Positions 37,475 to 47,744 of a stretch of DNA of 60,359 nucleotides are shown piece after piece (position 1 is the first letter of the stretch; every line of letters begins with the position of its first letter). The notes beneath the pieces were generated by a model that saw only the letters and a program-made list of their open reading frames with translations, did not search any database and was not told where the DNA came from. This DNA is from an uncultured Bacilli bacterium (GTDB lineage: Bacteria > Bacillota_I > Bacilli_A > RF39 > UBA660), in the NCBI GenBank assembly GCA_944358455.1, contig CALVRE010000008.1, positions 1 to 60,359 of the forward strand, given 5' to 3'. The translations under genes were made by a program, and so were the position numbers.

Positions 37475-38191
37475 ATGGGAAGAGCATATGAAGTAAGAAA
37501 AGCAAGTATTCAAAAAACGGGAGCAGCAAAATCGAAGTTGTATTCGATGTATGCAAGAGAAATTTATCAAGCTGCTAAGAACGGTGGGATTGAATTAGAA
37601 GCCAATGCTACTTTGAAACGTTTAGTAGAAAAAGCGAAAAAAGAACAAGTGCCAGCAGATATTATCAAACGTGCGATCGATAAAGTAAATAGTGGAGCTG
37701 ATGAATCTTATGATTCTGTTCGTTATGAACTTTTTGGACCTGCTGGATCTACGGTGATCGTCGATTGTTTGACAGATAATGTCAATCGTTCTGTAAGTGC
37801 GGTACGTACTGCCGTTAATAAATGCCATGTTAAAATGGGAGCGATTGGTAGCGTCGCATACATGTATGATAATTTATGTGTCGTTGGTTTTAAAGGATTA
37901 GATGAAGAGGCAACTTTGGAAGCCTTAATTAATGCTGGGTTAGATGTTGATGATATCGAAATGCATGATGGAGAAACGATTATTTATGGATCTCCAAGTG
38001 ATTTATATGATATTAAGAATGCGATTCAAGCAGTCCTTCCAAATGTTGAATTTGATACGGATGAAATTGTGATGATTCCAAAAGATAAAATTACATTGAC
38101 TGGAGAAGATTTAGAAATCTTCAATCGTTTGCTTACCTTATTAGAAGATATCGAAGATGTACAAACGGTTTATCACAATGTAGCATTATAA
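37475..38191 (+). CDS. YebC/PmpR family protein
   Basis: YELFGPAG, CLTDNVNR and EDVQTVYHN motifs. Confidence 0.93.
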   Translation: MGRAYEVRKASIQKTGAAKSKLYSMYAREIYQAAKNGGIELEANATLKRLVEKAKKEQVPADIIKRAIDKVNSGADESYDSVRYELFGPAGSTVIVDCLTDNVNRSVSAVRTAVNKCHVKMGAIGSVAYMYDNLCVVGFKGLDEEATLEALINAGLDVDDIEMHDGETIIYGSPSDLYDIKNAIQAVLPNVEFDTDEIVMIPKDKITLTGEDLEIFNRLLTLLEDIEDVQTVYHNVAL

Positions 38192-38373
38192 AGTAGTAAG
38201 TGAAAAGTATTTTTGTTTTAGAAAAGAAAAAACATATAGGTTTCGCTATATGTTTTCTTTTTTCGACTTTTCTCGACAGAATGTTAGAATATAATCATCA
38301 TAAGTTCCCGTTATTTTCCACTTGAAAAAATAAACGAAATACGTTATACTAAAGACAAATAAGACATAATGGG

Positions 38374-38631
38374 TTATGAAGCGTGTTGCGATACTTCTGT
38401 CATGCAAAACAATTGATCAACATTGACACCTAGTGCTTTGGATATTTTCAAAATGACGGTAAGAGAAACATTCTTGTATTCTTTTCCCGATTCTATTTGT
38501 TTGATATACGAAGTACTCAGGTCGCAAAGTTCCGCAAGTTCTTCTTGCGTCATATTAATTTTCTTGCGATAATGACGAATATTATTGCTGAAAATATTAT
38601 ATTGAGTTGCGATTTCTTTATTACTGATCAT
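38374..38631 (-). CDS. XRE-family HTH regulator
   Basis: NIRHYRKKINMTQEELAELCDLSTSYIKQIESG. Confidence 0.85.
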   Translation of the reverse strand: MISNKEIATQYNIFSNNIRHYRKKINMTQEELAELCDLSTSYIKQIESGKEYKNVSLTVILKISKALGVNVDQLFCMTEVSQHAS

Positions 38632-38759
38632 AGTTGCACCCCTTTATGGAATATTTTTCCAAAATTCTAACAGTTTTATTTTCTCATATTTCTGTTAGAA
38701 ACACAGTACACCGATAGTGGACTATTTATGCTATAATGAGATTAGAAAAGAGGATTTTT

Positions 38760-38978
38760 ATGTATCGAAAATTAAAAGAACTGCGTAAAAAAAAGAAGCT
38801 AACAACGATGGATATGGCTGAAAAACTAGAAATTAGTAAACCATTTTATTGTCAACTTGAAAATCAAACAAGAAGATTATCTTATGATATGGCGGTTAAA
38901 ATTGCAGGTGTTTTTGGTATGAAACCAGATAGTGTTTTTTATCATGATCACACGAATAGGGAAAATGAGGAAAATTAA
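38760..38978 (+). CDS. XRE-family HTH regulator
   Basis: LKELRKKKKLTTMDMAEKLEISKPFYCQLEN. The ATG at 38760 follows GAGGA. Confidence 0.85.
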   Translation: MYRKLKELRKKKKLTTMDMAEKLEISKPFYCQLENQTRRLSYDMAVKIAGVFGMKPDSVFYHDHTNRENEEN

Positions 38979-39047
38979 CATTTTCTCTTTTTTAATAACG
39001 GAATTTGTGATACACTAAAATTAGTTTATCAGTAGGGGGATGATGAT

Positions 39048-40331
39048 ATGATCAAGAAGAATGTTCTACCAGCCGATACTTTTGTCGTCATCAATAAAAC
39101 CGTGCTGAATGATCAAGATCGCAAATTATTAGTCATGCTTTATCAACCAATTATTGGACAAGTTGCGATCAGTCTTTATTTTTCTCTTTGGTCCTATTTA
39201 GATAAAAATGAATTGTTCTCGAAAGAATGGACACATCATCATTTAATGACGAATATGAGAATGAAATTATCAGAGATTATTGAGGCAAGAGAAAAATTAG
39301 AAGCGATTGGATTATTAAAATCTTATTTTAAGACAAATCATATTAATCATTATGCTTATTTGTTATATTCACCAATGCCAGCAAGTGAGTTTTTTAAAAA
39401 TCCCATTTTGAGTACGTCACTATATAATAATGTAGGAGATACTGAATACAATAAAACGGTCGAATATTTTCGTATGCCTTCTTTAAATCTAAAGGATTAT
39501 GAAGAGGTCACTTGTCATTTTGATGAAGTGTTCGAAGCCATTCCTACATCATCTTTGGAACATTTAGTAGGAGATATCAAAAGGAGAAATCACAATCCTA
39601 TCGAATTGTTGTCAAAAATTGATATTGACAATGTTTTTTCCTTGATTCCTGATGAACTATTAAATCGGAAAAGTATTACCAAAGAAACGAAAGATCTAAT
39701 TTATAAAATTAGTTTTGTCTATAACTTGAGTGAGGATGAGACAAGTGAATTAGTTCGAAATTCGATCAATGAAAAGAAGATGATCGATAAAGATCGTTTA
39801 CGTAATAACAGTCGAAAATATTATCAATTTGAACATAGTGGTAAATTGCCAAGTCTTGTCTATCGTAATCAACCAGAATATTTAAGAAAGCCAGTGGGTG
39901 ATACTTCGCCAAGAGCCAAGCTGATTTATCAATTTGAAACGACAAGTCCCTATGATTTCTTATGTCGCAAGAATAAACATAATACTCTTTCCAAGAGTGA
40001 ACGTGATATTTTGAGCTATCTTGCTCTTGATTTGAACATGAAGCCAGGAGTGATGAATGTTCTTCTTGATTATGTGTTAAAAATCAATGATAATAAATTG
40101 AATCGTTCATTTGTCGAAAGTATTGCTGGGCAATGGATGCGAAGTAATGTTCAGACGGTCGAGGAAGCGATGATGCTCGCCGAGAAAGAGTATCAAAAAC
40201 GCAATCGATTAGTGACAAAGAAGAAGAATGTGGTTGCGAAACCAGATTGGTTTGACAAAACAATCGAAAAACAGGAAGCATCGATCGATGAACAGAAAGA
40301 AATGGAAGAACTGTTAAAAGAATTTCAGTAA
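39048..40331 (+). CDS. dnaB: Replication initiation/helicase co-loader DnaB (Firmicute type)
   Basis: LYQPIIG, LEAIGLL and VMNVLLDY motifs; upstream of dnaI. Confidence 0.9.
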   Translation: MIKKNVLPADTFVVINKTVLNDQDRKLLVMLYQPIIGQVAISLYFSLWSYLDKNELFSKEWTHHHLMTNMRMKLSEIIEAREKLEAIGLLKSYFKTNHINHYAYLLYSPMPASEFFKNPILSTSLYNNVGDTEYNKTVEYFRMPSLNLKDYEEVTCHFDEVFEAIPTSSLEHLVGDIKRRNHNPIELLSKIDIDNVFSLIPDELLNRKSITKETKDLIYKISFVYNLSEDETSELVRNSINEKKMIDKDRLRNNSRKYYQFEHSGKLPSLVYRNQPEYLRKPVGDTSPRAKLIYQFETTSPYDFLCRKNKHNTLSKSERDILSYLALDLNMKPGVMNVLLDYVLKINDNKLNRSFVESIAGQWMRSNVQTVEEAMMLAEKEYQKRNRLVTKKKNVVAKPDWFDKTIEKQEASIDEQKEMEELLKEFQ

Positions 40332-40342
40332 GTAGGTGAGTT

Positions 40343-41245
40343 ATGAAAACATTAGAAGAAATCAATCATTATCACGTAAACAAAAATCATCTGGCAAAAG
40401 AATACCTAGATGCATTAAAAGATCCTACTTTTAAAGAATTGACGGAAATTTTGAACCTACCAGATGAAATTTTGATGAAATATACTTCGATGTTACAAGA
40501 TAGTGCTATCGAATATGAACATTGTAAAAATTGTAAAAATATTTTGGCTTGCAAAAATAAATTGACAGGATTTTGTTATCTTCCTCATGTTTCCAATGAT
40601 GGATTGATTTTTGGCTATCAAGCTTGTAAATTTCAAAAGAAAAAGCAAAAAGAAAGCGCCTATTTAAACAATATTTATCTATTCGATGTTCCAAACGAAA
40701 TAAAAGAAGCCAAAATGTCGGACATTTATAAAGATGATAAAAGTCGTTTTAAAGCGATTAAATGGCTTACGACCTTTATCAAAAATTATCCTGATGTTTC
40801 CAAGGGATTATATTTATATGGAAACTTCGGATGTGGAAAAACGTATTTAATTGCAGCTACTTTTCACGAGTTAGCCAAAAAAGGCGTGAAGAGTGCGATC
40901 GTGTTTTGGCCAGAGTATTTACGCGACTTAAAAGCTTCCTTTGCGACTGATTTTAGTGAAAAATTTGAACGATTAAAAAAGATACCGTTACTTTTGATCG
41001 ATGATATTGGAGCAGAGAATACAACGGTGTGGAGTAGAGATGAAATCTTTTGCCCACTTGTGCAATATCGCATGCAGGAAGGATTACCAACTTTCTTTAC
41101 TTCCAATCTAACTTTGGAGGAATTAGAAAGTCATTTCAGCATTAGTAAGGAAAGTGTTGACCAAGTAAAGGCAAGACGAATCATCGAACGAATTCGTCAA
41201 TTGACAGAAGAATTACAAATGATTAGTAAAAATTTACGAAAGTAA
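40343..41245 (+). CDS. dnaI: Primosomal helicase loader DnaI
   Basis: Zn-binding Cys cluster, GLYLYGNFGCGKT, LLIDDIGAE and PTFFTSN motifs. Confidence 0.93.
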   Translation: MKTLEEINHYHVNKNHLAKEYLDALKDPTFKELTEILNLPDEILMKYTSMLQDSAIEYEHCKNCKNILACKNKLTGFCYLPHVSNDGLIFGYQACKFQKKKQKESAYLNNIYLFDVPNEIKEAKMSDIYKDDKSRFKAIKWLTTFIKNYPDVSKGLYLYGNFGCGKTYLIAATFHELAKKGVKSAIVFWPEYLRDLKASFATDFSEKFERLKKIPLLLIDDIGAENTTVWSRDEIFCPLVQYRMQEGLPTFFTSNLTLEELESHFSISKESVDQVKARRIIERIRQLTEELQMISKNLRK

Positions 41246-41248
41246 TCA

Positions 41249-42760
41249 ATGACAGGGTGGTGCAGTATGGACAAACGAGCGAAACAAATTGGAATCTATT
41301 TAAAAAAATATGGGAAAACTTCGGTTTCTGGATTACGCGATTTTTCACATGCAAAATCCGATATTGAAACCTTACATTTTATCTGTGATGTGATGAATGA
41401 TGAAATCGATGACTTATGTGCCATCCGTCATAACAAACAATTAGCTCATTATTTTGAAAGTTATTTATCATCTATGGAAGAAGTGCGCTTAAGAAATCTA
41501 GAGGGAATTGAACGCATAGTAGCACGCCTTAACAAATTTCAAAAAAAGATCGATTTCGCATGTCATAAAAATGCGAAAAAGGGAAGGAAAAATGATACAT
41601 TCATAGAATCACGTACCAATTTGAGAAAAGTCAATAGCAAGTTAAAGGGTGTTATTGACTTTTTGTGTCTTAAGGAGCTTTCATTTCCACATATTACCAC
41701 TAAACAGGAAGCGTTACAAAGATCGCTTGCAGAATTATATCGTTTACTCTATGACCCAAAATTGAAGCAATTAACCGATCAACAAAAGAAGAGAATCCAA
41801 AAAGATTGGGGAAAGTTAATGCTTCTGGCAGAACAAAAAACATTGACAGAAGTAGATGTTCAAACATTAAAAAAACGTATTCATTCCTTTATGATGGAGC
41901 GTGTAGAACAAATGGATATCGAAGATAATCCGTATGTGTTGGATTTTACCAATAAAAAAGTGTTTACGATCGATACAAGACAAGCGATTTTATTAGAAGA
42001 TGCCTTTTGTATTGAATGGTTATCGAATAATCACATCTATCTTTATGTTTTTATCTCTGATTGTACTTATTTATCCGATGATAAATATCGTTATGAAAAA
42101 ACACCGTATCTTTTGAATCGAGAATTTAATTCGAAACAGTCATTTTCTTTTGGAAAGAATAAAGTACAACCAGCTTTGATGATCCGTTTAGAATTCGATG
42201 AAAACGATCGATATCTAGGAAATCCGTTCCTTTTTCGTACTTATATCAAGTTAGATGAGACGTTTTCTTATGAAGATGTCGATTATATTTTATATGAAGA
42301 AGGAGGAAAAAAAGATGAATATTACACCATCTTAAAAAAAGCACAGTCTTTATCACAACATCTAATTCGGAGTCAAGAAAAGAAGGAAAAGGAAGAATGT
42401 AAGACACGAAAAATGAGAGGGGGAGAAGCCATCGTCGAAGCTTTTATCAATACGACAGGTTATGTGATTGCAAGTCTATTCTATGACGAGAAGTTGCCAG
42501 CTATTTATCGAAGAAACGATACCGAAGATATTATATCTTATGATTCTTTAAAACCAGGACCACATCGATTATTACAGTATCCCGTCTACTGTCAAACGTT
42601 TAAACCATCTAAAAATGCTTCTGCGGCTTATATGTTACGTGCAACCAAAGAATTTTTGATCGATCGTAATATATTCGCCGAAAATCGATTACAAGCTTAT
42701 CTAGAGGAAGCAAGATCTTGTATAGAAGAACAAGAAAAGAAAAAAATATTAGAACATTAA
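41249..42760 (+). CDS. Degenerate RNB-domain (RNase II/R-like) protein
   Basis: DFTNKKVFTID...LEDAF, LYVFISD, FSYEDVD, IVEAF and IYRR elements. Catalytic Asp cluster incomplete. Confidence 0.65.
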   Translation: MTGWCSMDKRAKQIGIYLKKYGKTSVSGLRDFSHAKSDIETLHFICDVMNDEIDDLCAIRHNKQLAHYFESYLSSMEEVRLRNLEGIERIVARLNKFQKKIDFACHKNAKKGRKNDTFIESRTNLRKVNSKLKGVIDFLCLKELSFPHITTKQEALQRSLAELYRLLYDPKLKQLTDQQKKRIQKDWGKLMLLAEQKTLTEVDVQTLKKRIHSFMMERVEQMDIEDNPYVLDFTNKKVFTIDTRQAILLEDAFCIEWLSNNHIYLYVFISDCTYLSDDKYRYEKTPYLLNREFNSKQSFSFGKNKVQPALMIRLEFDENDRYLGNPFLFRTYIKLDETFSYEDVDYILYEEGGKKDEYYTILKKAQSLSQHLIRSQEKKEKEECKTRKMRGGEAIVEAFINTTGYVIASLFYDEKLPAIYRRNDTEDIISYDSLKPGPHRLLQYPVYCQTFKPSKNASAAYMLRATKEFLIDRNIFAENRLQAYLEEARSCIEEQEKKKILEH

Positions 42761-42775
42761 AATATAGGAGAAAAT

Positions 42776-44731
42776 ATGATAAAAGAAACAGAAATAAAAG
42801 AACAAATAAAAAGAGTACTATCACGACCGAATTTGCCGTCGTTTTCCAAGTTTAAAGAAATGATTGATCCCACTTTATCGGATGAACTTTTTTATCGCTT
42901 GATTTTGACTTATTTAAAAGAAGAAGTAGAAGAATTTAAAATGACGAGAACGTATGAAAAGAATCGTCATCTAAAAAATTGTTTTCATTACTTGAATTAT
43001 GTACCTTCACATCTTGATTTATATGATGATAAAGCCTTTTTCGAAGAAGTATCACTCACCTTACAAGATATTCAAGATATCATCCAAATAAAATTATCTG
43101 ATAAGATGATGGTAGGTCCAGAGACAACTCTCGATCAAAATCGTGATCTTTTGATACGATTAGAAGAAGAATGCCAACAATTCTTTCAAAAACATCGAAC
43201 AATTCCTTTCTTACTTTCCCATAATGGAAACGAAATGTATCGCTTTTTAAAAGAGCTTATTTTTTCTAAAGAATACGATCATTATAATTATTATAGTTAT
43301 ATTCGTAATCTTATCCAAAATCTTCCAAATACTGTCAATACACAAAATGAAGAAGGTACTTTCCTTCTAGAAGAATTAACCCATTATTTTGCCACCTTGC
43401 TAGAGGAAGATCACGATTATAATGAAAAAGTGAGAATGGAACGAGTATTGATGTTGTTTCTAGAGTCACCTTCACTAGAAGTTCCAATTTATTCACTTAG
43501 CAATATCTTATCAAAAACATCGAATCACTTAATCAAGCAGAAGAGAAAGACCGATCTTAGTTTGATGAAAGAATTGCTTGAAGTTGTCAACGATGTTCAA
43601 AAAAGACAGGTACTGTGGTTGGAAAAAGAACGAAAATTAAAAGAAAAGTATCATCTTTATTCCGATTTTACGCTCGATGAATTAGAAGAGATTCGTTCAT
43701 TAACGCCTATCGATTTCCATCGTTATATCGATGAAACGAATCAAAATACAATCACCATTGATTCTAGTATGAATAAAATAAAAGAACAGGCGATTTTCTA
43801 TGAACGAGAAGGAAAAGATCATCATGTCATCTTTTATGTGATCGATATCTTACCATATTTACTTCCCGATTCAAAGTTGGATGAACGAGCACGTTCGATC
43901 GCGAAAGAAACGACGAAAGTAGAAAGTTTTCTTCCACCAAGCTTTTTAAAACGCCACTTATCATTTGAAAAAGAACAAGTAAGGCCCGCTATTGCTTTCG
44001 AGTTTTGGATCGATGGGGAAGGAAATCTGAAGGAGAGTACGATCAAGCGATCTATCATTTGTGTGAAGAAACATTATGATTACGAAATGATTGGTGATAT
44101 TTATTTAGGGAACATTGGAGCGAAAAAATTACAAAATGACATCGAAAATTTATATTATTTATCAGAATTATTAAAGAAGAGAGGAAAACAAAGAATTGTC
44201 AAACGTCATTTAAAAGAAAAGGTATGGAAAGAATATACGGAAACAGGTAAGAGGCCTCTTTATGTTGCTGGCCAAATTAATGAAACAATCGCCAAAAAAG
44301 TAAGTGAATATTTACGCACGTTTGATCTTCCTTTGATTGACCATTGTTATGGAAAGACAAAGAATATTATGGAAACACATATTTCGAAATATTTTTCCAA
44401 TCAAGAGAAATGCGAGCGACTAATTCAATTATTTGATCCTGCCAAAACATATTCTTCCTTCTATATACCAAACAACCAAAGGATATTGGAAGAATCTTCT
44501 TTTCAAAGACAAATTGAGATCAGTCGTCCAGCAAGAAGTTATGCATCATTGTTAAATCTTCGTCTCATTGCATATTATTTATTAGACGATAAAGAATTAG
44601 GGTTCGCTTATATACAAAATTTAATCGATCATTTAGAGGATGAGTGTGAACAGATGAATGGAAAACGAATGCGTGAACTTTACTATGAAGCTGAACGAAA
44701 AAGTCTAACACTAAAAAAAGAGAACAAATAG
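42776..44731 (+). CDS. Degenerate RNB-domain (RNase II/R-like) protein
   Basis: TITID, FLP..., LSFEKEQVRPAIAF and SRPARSYASLLNLR (cf. TSPIRRY.DL). Confidence 0.65.
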   Translation: MIKETEIKEQIKRVLSRPNLPSFSKFKEMIDPTLSDELFYRLILTYLKEEVEEFKMTRTYEKNRHLKNCFHYLNYVPSHLDLYDDKAFFEEVSLTLQDIQDIIQIKLSDKMMVGPETTLDQNRDLLIRLEEECQQFFQKHRTIPFLLSHNGNEMYRFLKELIFSKEYDHYNYYSYIRNLIQNLPNTVNTQNEEGTFLLEELTHYFATLLEEDHDYNEKVRMERVLMLFLESPSLEVPIYSLSNILSKTSNHLIKQKRKTDLSLMKELLEVVNDVQKRQVLWLEKERKLKEKYHLYSDFTLDELEEIRSLTPIDFHRYIDETNQNTITIDSSMNKIKEQAIFYEREGKDHHVIFYVIDILPYLLPDSKLDERARSIAKETTKVESFLPPSFLKRHLSFEKEQVRPAIAFEFWIDGEGNLKESTIKRSIICVKKHYDYEMIGDIYLGNIGAKKLQNDIENLYYLSELLKKRGKQRIVKRHLKEKVWKEYTETGKRPLYVAGQINETIAKKVSEYLRTFDLPLIDHCYGKTKNIMETHISKYFSNQEKCERLIQLFDPAKTYSSFYIPNNQRILEESSFQRQIEISRPARSYASLLNLRLIAYYLLDDKELGFAYIQNLIDHLEDECEQMNGKRMRELYYEAERKSLTLKKENK

Positions 44732-44746
44732 AATAGGAGAGTACTT

Positions 44747-45370
44747 ATGACAAAAAATCGAAAAAAAGGAAATAATTATGGTATAAAAGGATATACGATA
44801 CCAAATTTTTTAAATACTTATTTCAATGTTGATAACGAGGAGATGTTGGAACTTTTATTTATTCAGTTTCATTTTACACATAAAGAATTAAGACAATATA
44901 TTGCTCTTTTACGAAGCCAATTGCGAGATCATTTGAGAACACGTGGAATGAATACGGATCAACAACTAAAAGAAGACTTGATAAAATTGCGATCAGATAT
45001 TACGAAATTAGAAAAAATACCATTTGAAAAAAATCAGGAATCCCATATTCGTCTAAGAATTAAAGCTGAGAAAAAACGTCAATTGGCAAAAGTATTATTG
45101 ACGAATACGATGACGATCTTTTGTGACGATAAAGATATCGTAACCTTAAATAAAGTTTGTAGAGAATTAAGGAGAATTCACACGGATAATATCACAAGCG
45201 AAGATATTTTAAAAGGAAATGTCGTAAAAGTTTACGATAGTAGGGGAGAAGGAGCCTACTATTTAGTGCCAGGAAGAACATTATGTTTAGAAAATACGTA
45301 CATGACAATGGAACAAAAAGAAACGATCGAAGCGACCAAGAAACATTTCCTCTTGTTTCAATCAAAATAA
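44747..45370 (+). CDS. Hypothetical protein
   Basis: 207-aa ORF with RBS AGGAG. Confidence 0.7.
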   Translation: MTKNRKKGNNYGIKGYTIPNFLNTYFNVDNEEMLELLFIQFHFTHKELRQYIALLRSQLRDHLRTRGMNTDQQLKEDLIKLRSDITKLEKIPFEKNQESHIRLRIKAEKKRQLAKVLLTNTMTIFCDDKDIVTLNKVCRELRRIHTDNITSEDILKGNVVKVYDSRGEGAYYLVPGRTLCLENTYMTMEQKETIEATKKHFLLFQSK

Positions 45371-45440
45371 AAAAATTATCCTAGAAAAAGAGGATTTTGA
45401 TTGACAAAAAGATAAGTTCGTAATAAAATGAATTCATAAA

Positions 45441-45641
45441 TGCCATGAATAGGACACGATTTTAAAGAAGGGAATGCAAAGCGAGTTAGGATGGTGAAAG
45501 CTAACCAGGACCCTTTAAAGTTACTACCTAGGAGCAGAACAAGTAAAAGTTGTTCCGGTTTGAAAGCCGTTATCAAAATAAAGCTACAAAGTAGGATGGT
45601 ACCGCGTGATAACGCTCCTTATATATTAAGGAGCTTTTTTT
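45441..45641 (+). promoter_or_regulatory. Thr T-box riboswitch with terminator
   Basis: AGCGA and GGTGAAA motifs; specifier ACT at 45523-45525; GGATGGTACCGCG; terminator GCTCCTT-7nt-AAGGAGC plus T run (45614-45641). Confidence 0.9.
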
Positions 45642-45662
45642 ATTGAGAAAGGATTTGAGAAT

Positions 45663-47405
45663 ATGCAAAATATTAAAGAAAATGAAGAATTAAGTAAATT
45701 GAATCATAGTTGTGCTCATTTGCTTGCACAAGCTGTAAAACGTCTTTATCCAGATGCCATGTTTTGGGTAGGACCAGTTATCAACGAAGGTTTTTACTAT
45801 GATATGGATCTTGGCGATAAAGTCGTAACAGAAGATGATCTAGAAACGATTTCGAAAGAAATGAAGAAGATCGTAAAAGAAAATAAATTGATTAAACGAA
45901 TTGAACTTTCCCGTGAAGAAGCCTTAGAAATGTTTAAAAATGATCCATATAAAATCGATTTAATCAACGATATGGAAGAAGGGACGACAATTACGGCTTA
46001 TACGCAAGGAGAGTTTACTGATCTATGTCGTGGACCTCATGTAGAAAGTACGAAGTTACTCAAACATTTCAAATTGTTAAAAGTTAGTGGAGCTTACTAT
46101 AAGGGGGACTCCAAAAATAAGATGTTACAACGTATTTATGGTATTTGTTTTCCAACTGAAGAGGAGCTCCAAGCTCACCTTGATTTCTTAGAAGAAGCAA
46201 AAAAACGTGACCACAAGAAACTGGGAAAAGAATTAGAATTATTTATGTTTAGTGAATATGGACCAGGTTTTCCTTTCTGGTTGCCAAATGGTATGATCTT
46301 GCGCAATGTACTAGAAAATTTCTGGTATGAAGAACATACCAAAGAAGGATATCAATTCATTAAAACACCAATTATGTTGAATCGTGATTTATGGGAATTA
46401 TCAGGCCATTGGAAAAATTACAAAGAAAATATGTATACTTCGAAGATCGATGAGAAAGAGTTCGCAATTAAACCTATGAATTGTCCAGGAGGATTACTCG
46501 TTTACAAGAATAAATTACATTCTTATAAAGATCTTCCAGAACGTGTTGGAGAACTTGGACTTGTTCATCGTCACGAAGCCAGTGGAGCTTTAAATGGGTT
46601 ATTTCGCGTTCGTACGTTCACCCAAGATGATGCGCATATTTTTATGAGAGAAGATCAAATCGAAGAAGAAATTATTCGTTTAATTGCTTTCATTGATCGT
46701 ATTTATAAGTTATTTGATTTGCCTTATGAAATCGAACTTTCTACTCGTCCTGAGGAGAAATATATCGGATCGATTGAAATTTGGGATAAAGCCGAAGCAA
46801 CGTTACAAGAAGCTTGCCGTAAGTCTGGAAAAGAGTGTAAAATCAATCCAGGTGATGGAGCTTTCTATGGACCAAAACTTGATTTTCATGTCAAAGACTC
46901 TCTAGGACGCGTATGGCAATGTGGAACGATCCAATTAGATTTTAATTTACCAGAGCGCTTCGATTGTACTTACATTGATTCTGATGGAATGAAAAAACGT
47001 CCTGTTATGTTACATCGTGTCATCTTTGGATCAGTAGAACGTTTTATCGGTATCTTAATCGAACACTATGCTGGAGCATTCCCAACTTGGCTCGCTCCTG
47101 TTCAAGTGAATATTATTCCTGTCAACCAAGAATATCACCTCGCATATGCGGAAGAAGTAAAAGACTTACTCGAGTCTCATGGCATTCGTGTAACACTCGA
47201 TAGCCGTGATGAAAAATTAGGATATCGTATGCGTGAAAGTCAAACGAAAAAGATTCCATATTCGTTAGTGATTGGAGACAAAGAAAGAGATCATCGTGAA
47301 ATTAATTTCCGTCGTCATGGTTCTAGTGATACTACGACTTTAAAATTGGAAGACTTTGTATCGATGATAGAAGAAGAAATTAAAAATAAAGTAAATAATA
47401 AGTAA
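45663..47405 (+). CDS. thrS: Threonine-tRNA ligase (short form lacking the N-terminal TGS domain)
   Basis: HSCAHL, DLCRGPH, RDHKKLG, KPMNCPG and AFYGPKLD motifs. Confidence 0.98.
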   Translation: MQNIKENEELSKLNHSCAHLLAQAVKRLYPDAMFWVGPVINEGFYYDMDLGDKVVTEDDLETISKEMKKIVKENKLIKRIELSREEALEMFKNDPYKIDLINDMEEGTTITAYTQGEFTDLCRGPHVESTKLLKHFKLLKVSGAYYKGDSKNKMLQRIYGICFPTEEELQAHLDFLEEAKKRDHKKLGKELELFMFSEYGPGFPFWLPNGMILRNVLENFWYEEHTKEGYQFIKTPIMLNRDLWELSGHWKNYKENMYTSKIDEKEFAIKPMNCPGGLLVYKNKLHSYKDLPERVGELGLVHRHEASGALNGLFRVRTFTQDDAHIFMREDQIEEEIIRLIAFIDRIYKLFDLPYEIELSTRPEEKYIGSIEIWDKAEATLQEACRKSGKECKINPGDGAFYGPKLDFHVKDSLGRVWQCGTIQLDFNLPERFDCTYIDSDGMKKRPVMLHRVIFGSVERFIGILIEHYAGAFPTWLAPVQVNIIPVNQEYHLAYAEEVKDLLESHGIRVTLDSRDEKLGYRMRESQTKKIPYSLVIGDKERDHREINFRRHGSSDTTTLKLEDFVSMIEEEIKNKVNNK

Positions 47406-47478
47406 AGATTAGAACATTTCTAATCTTTTTTTCTTCTAAATCATTCTTTTTATGATATAGTAAAAAAGAGGTAGTAAC

Positions 47479-47670
47479 ATGAAAAGAGAAGAAAAGAAAC
47501 AAAATCAAGATATGGAAGAAATATTAACGGATATATTAGAGAATAAAGATGATTTAACAAATGATATTCGTGATATATTAAACGATTTTATCACACCTCC
47601 AAAAGGGAGTGAAAAAAAAGAGGATTTGAGCGATAATCTCCTCACGGATCTGCTTCCTAAAAGAAGATAA
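47479..47670 (+). CDS. Small acidic hypothetical protein
   Basis: RBS GAGGT; 63 aa. Confidence 0.55.
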   Translation: MKREEKKQNQDMEEILTDILENKDDLTNDIRDILNDFITPPKGSEKKEDLSDNLLTDLLPKRR

Positions 47671-47688
47671 TTCCTCATTTTTAAATTT

Positions 47689-47717
47689 GTCATAAACTTT
47701 GGATAAGTTCATATACT
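47689..47717 (+). promoter_or_regulatory. Sigma-E-like promoter
   Basis: GTCATA-15nt-CATATACT upstream of the spoIIIAH-like gene. Confidence 0.55.
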
Positions 47718-47744
47718 CTAGTAGATAGTACTAGGAGGGAATAT

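Noticed and set aside
45376-45576. 66-aa minus-strand ORF
   Set aside because: Antisense to the Thr T-box leader.
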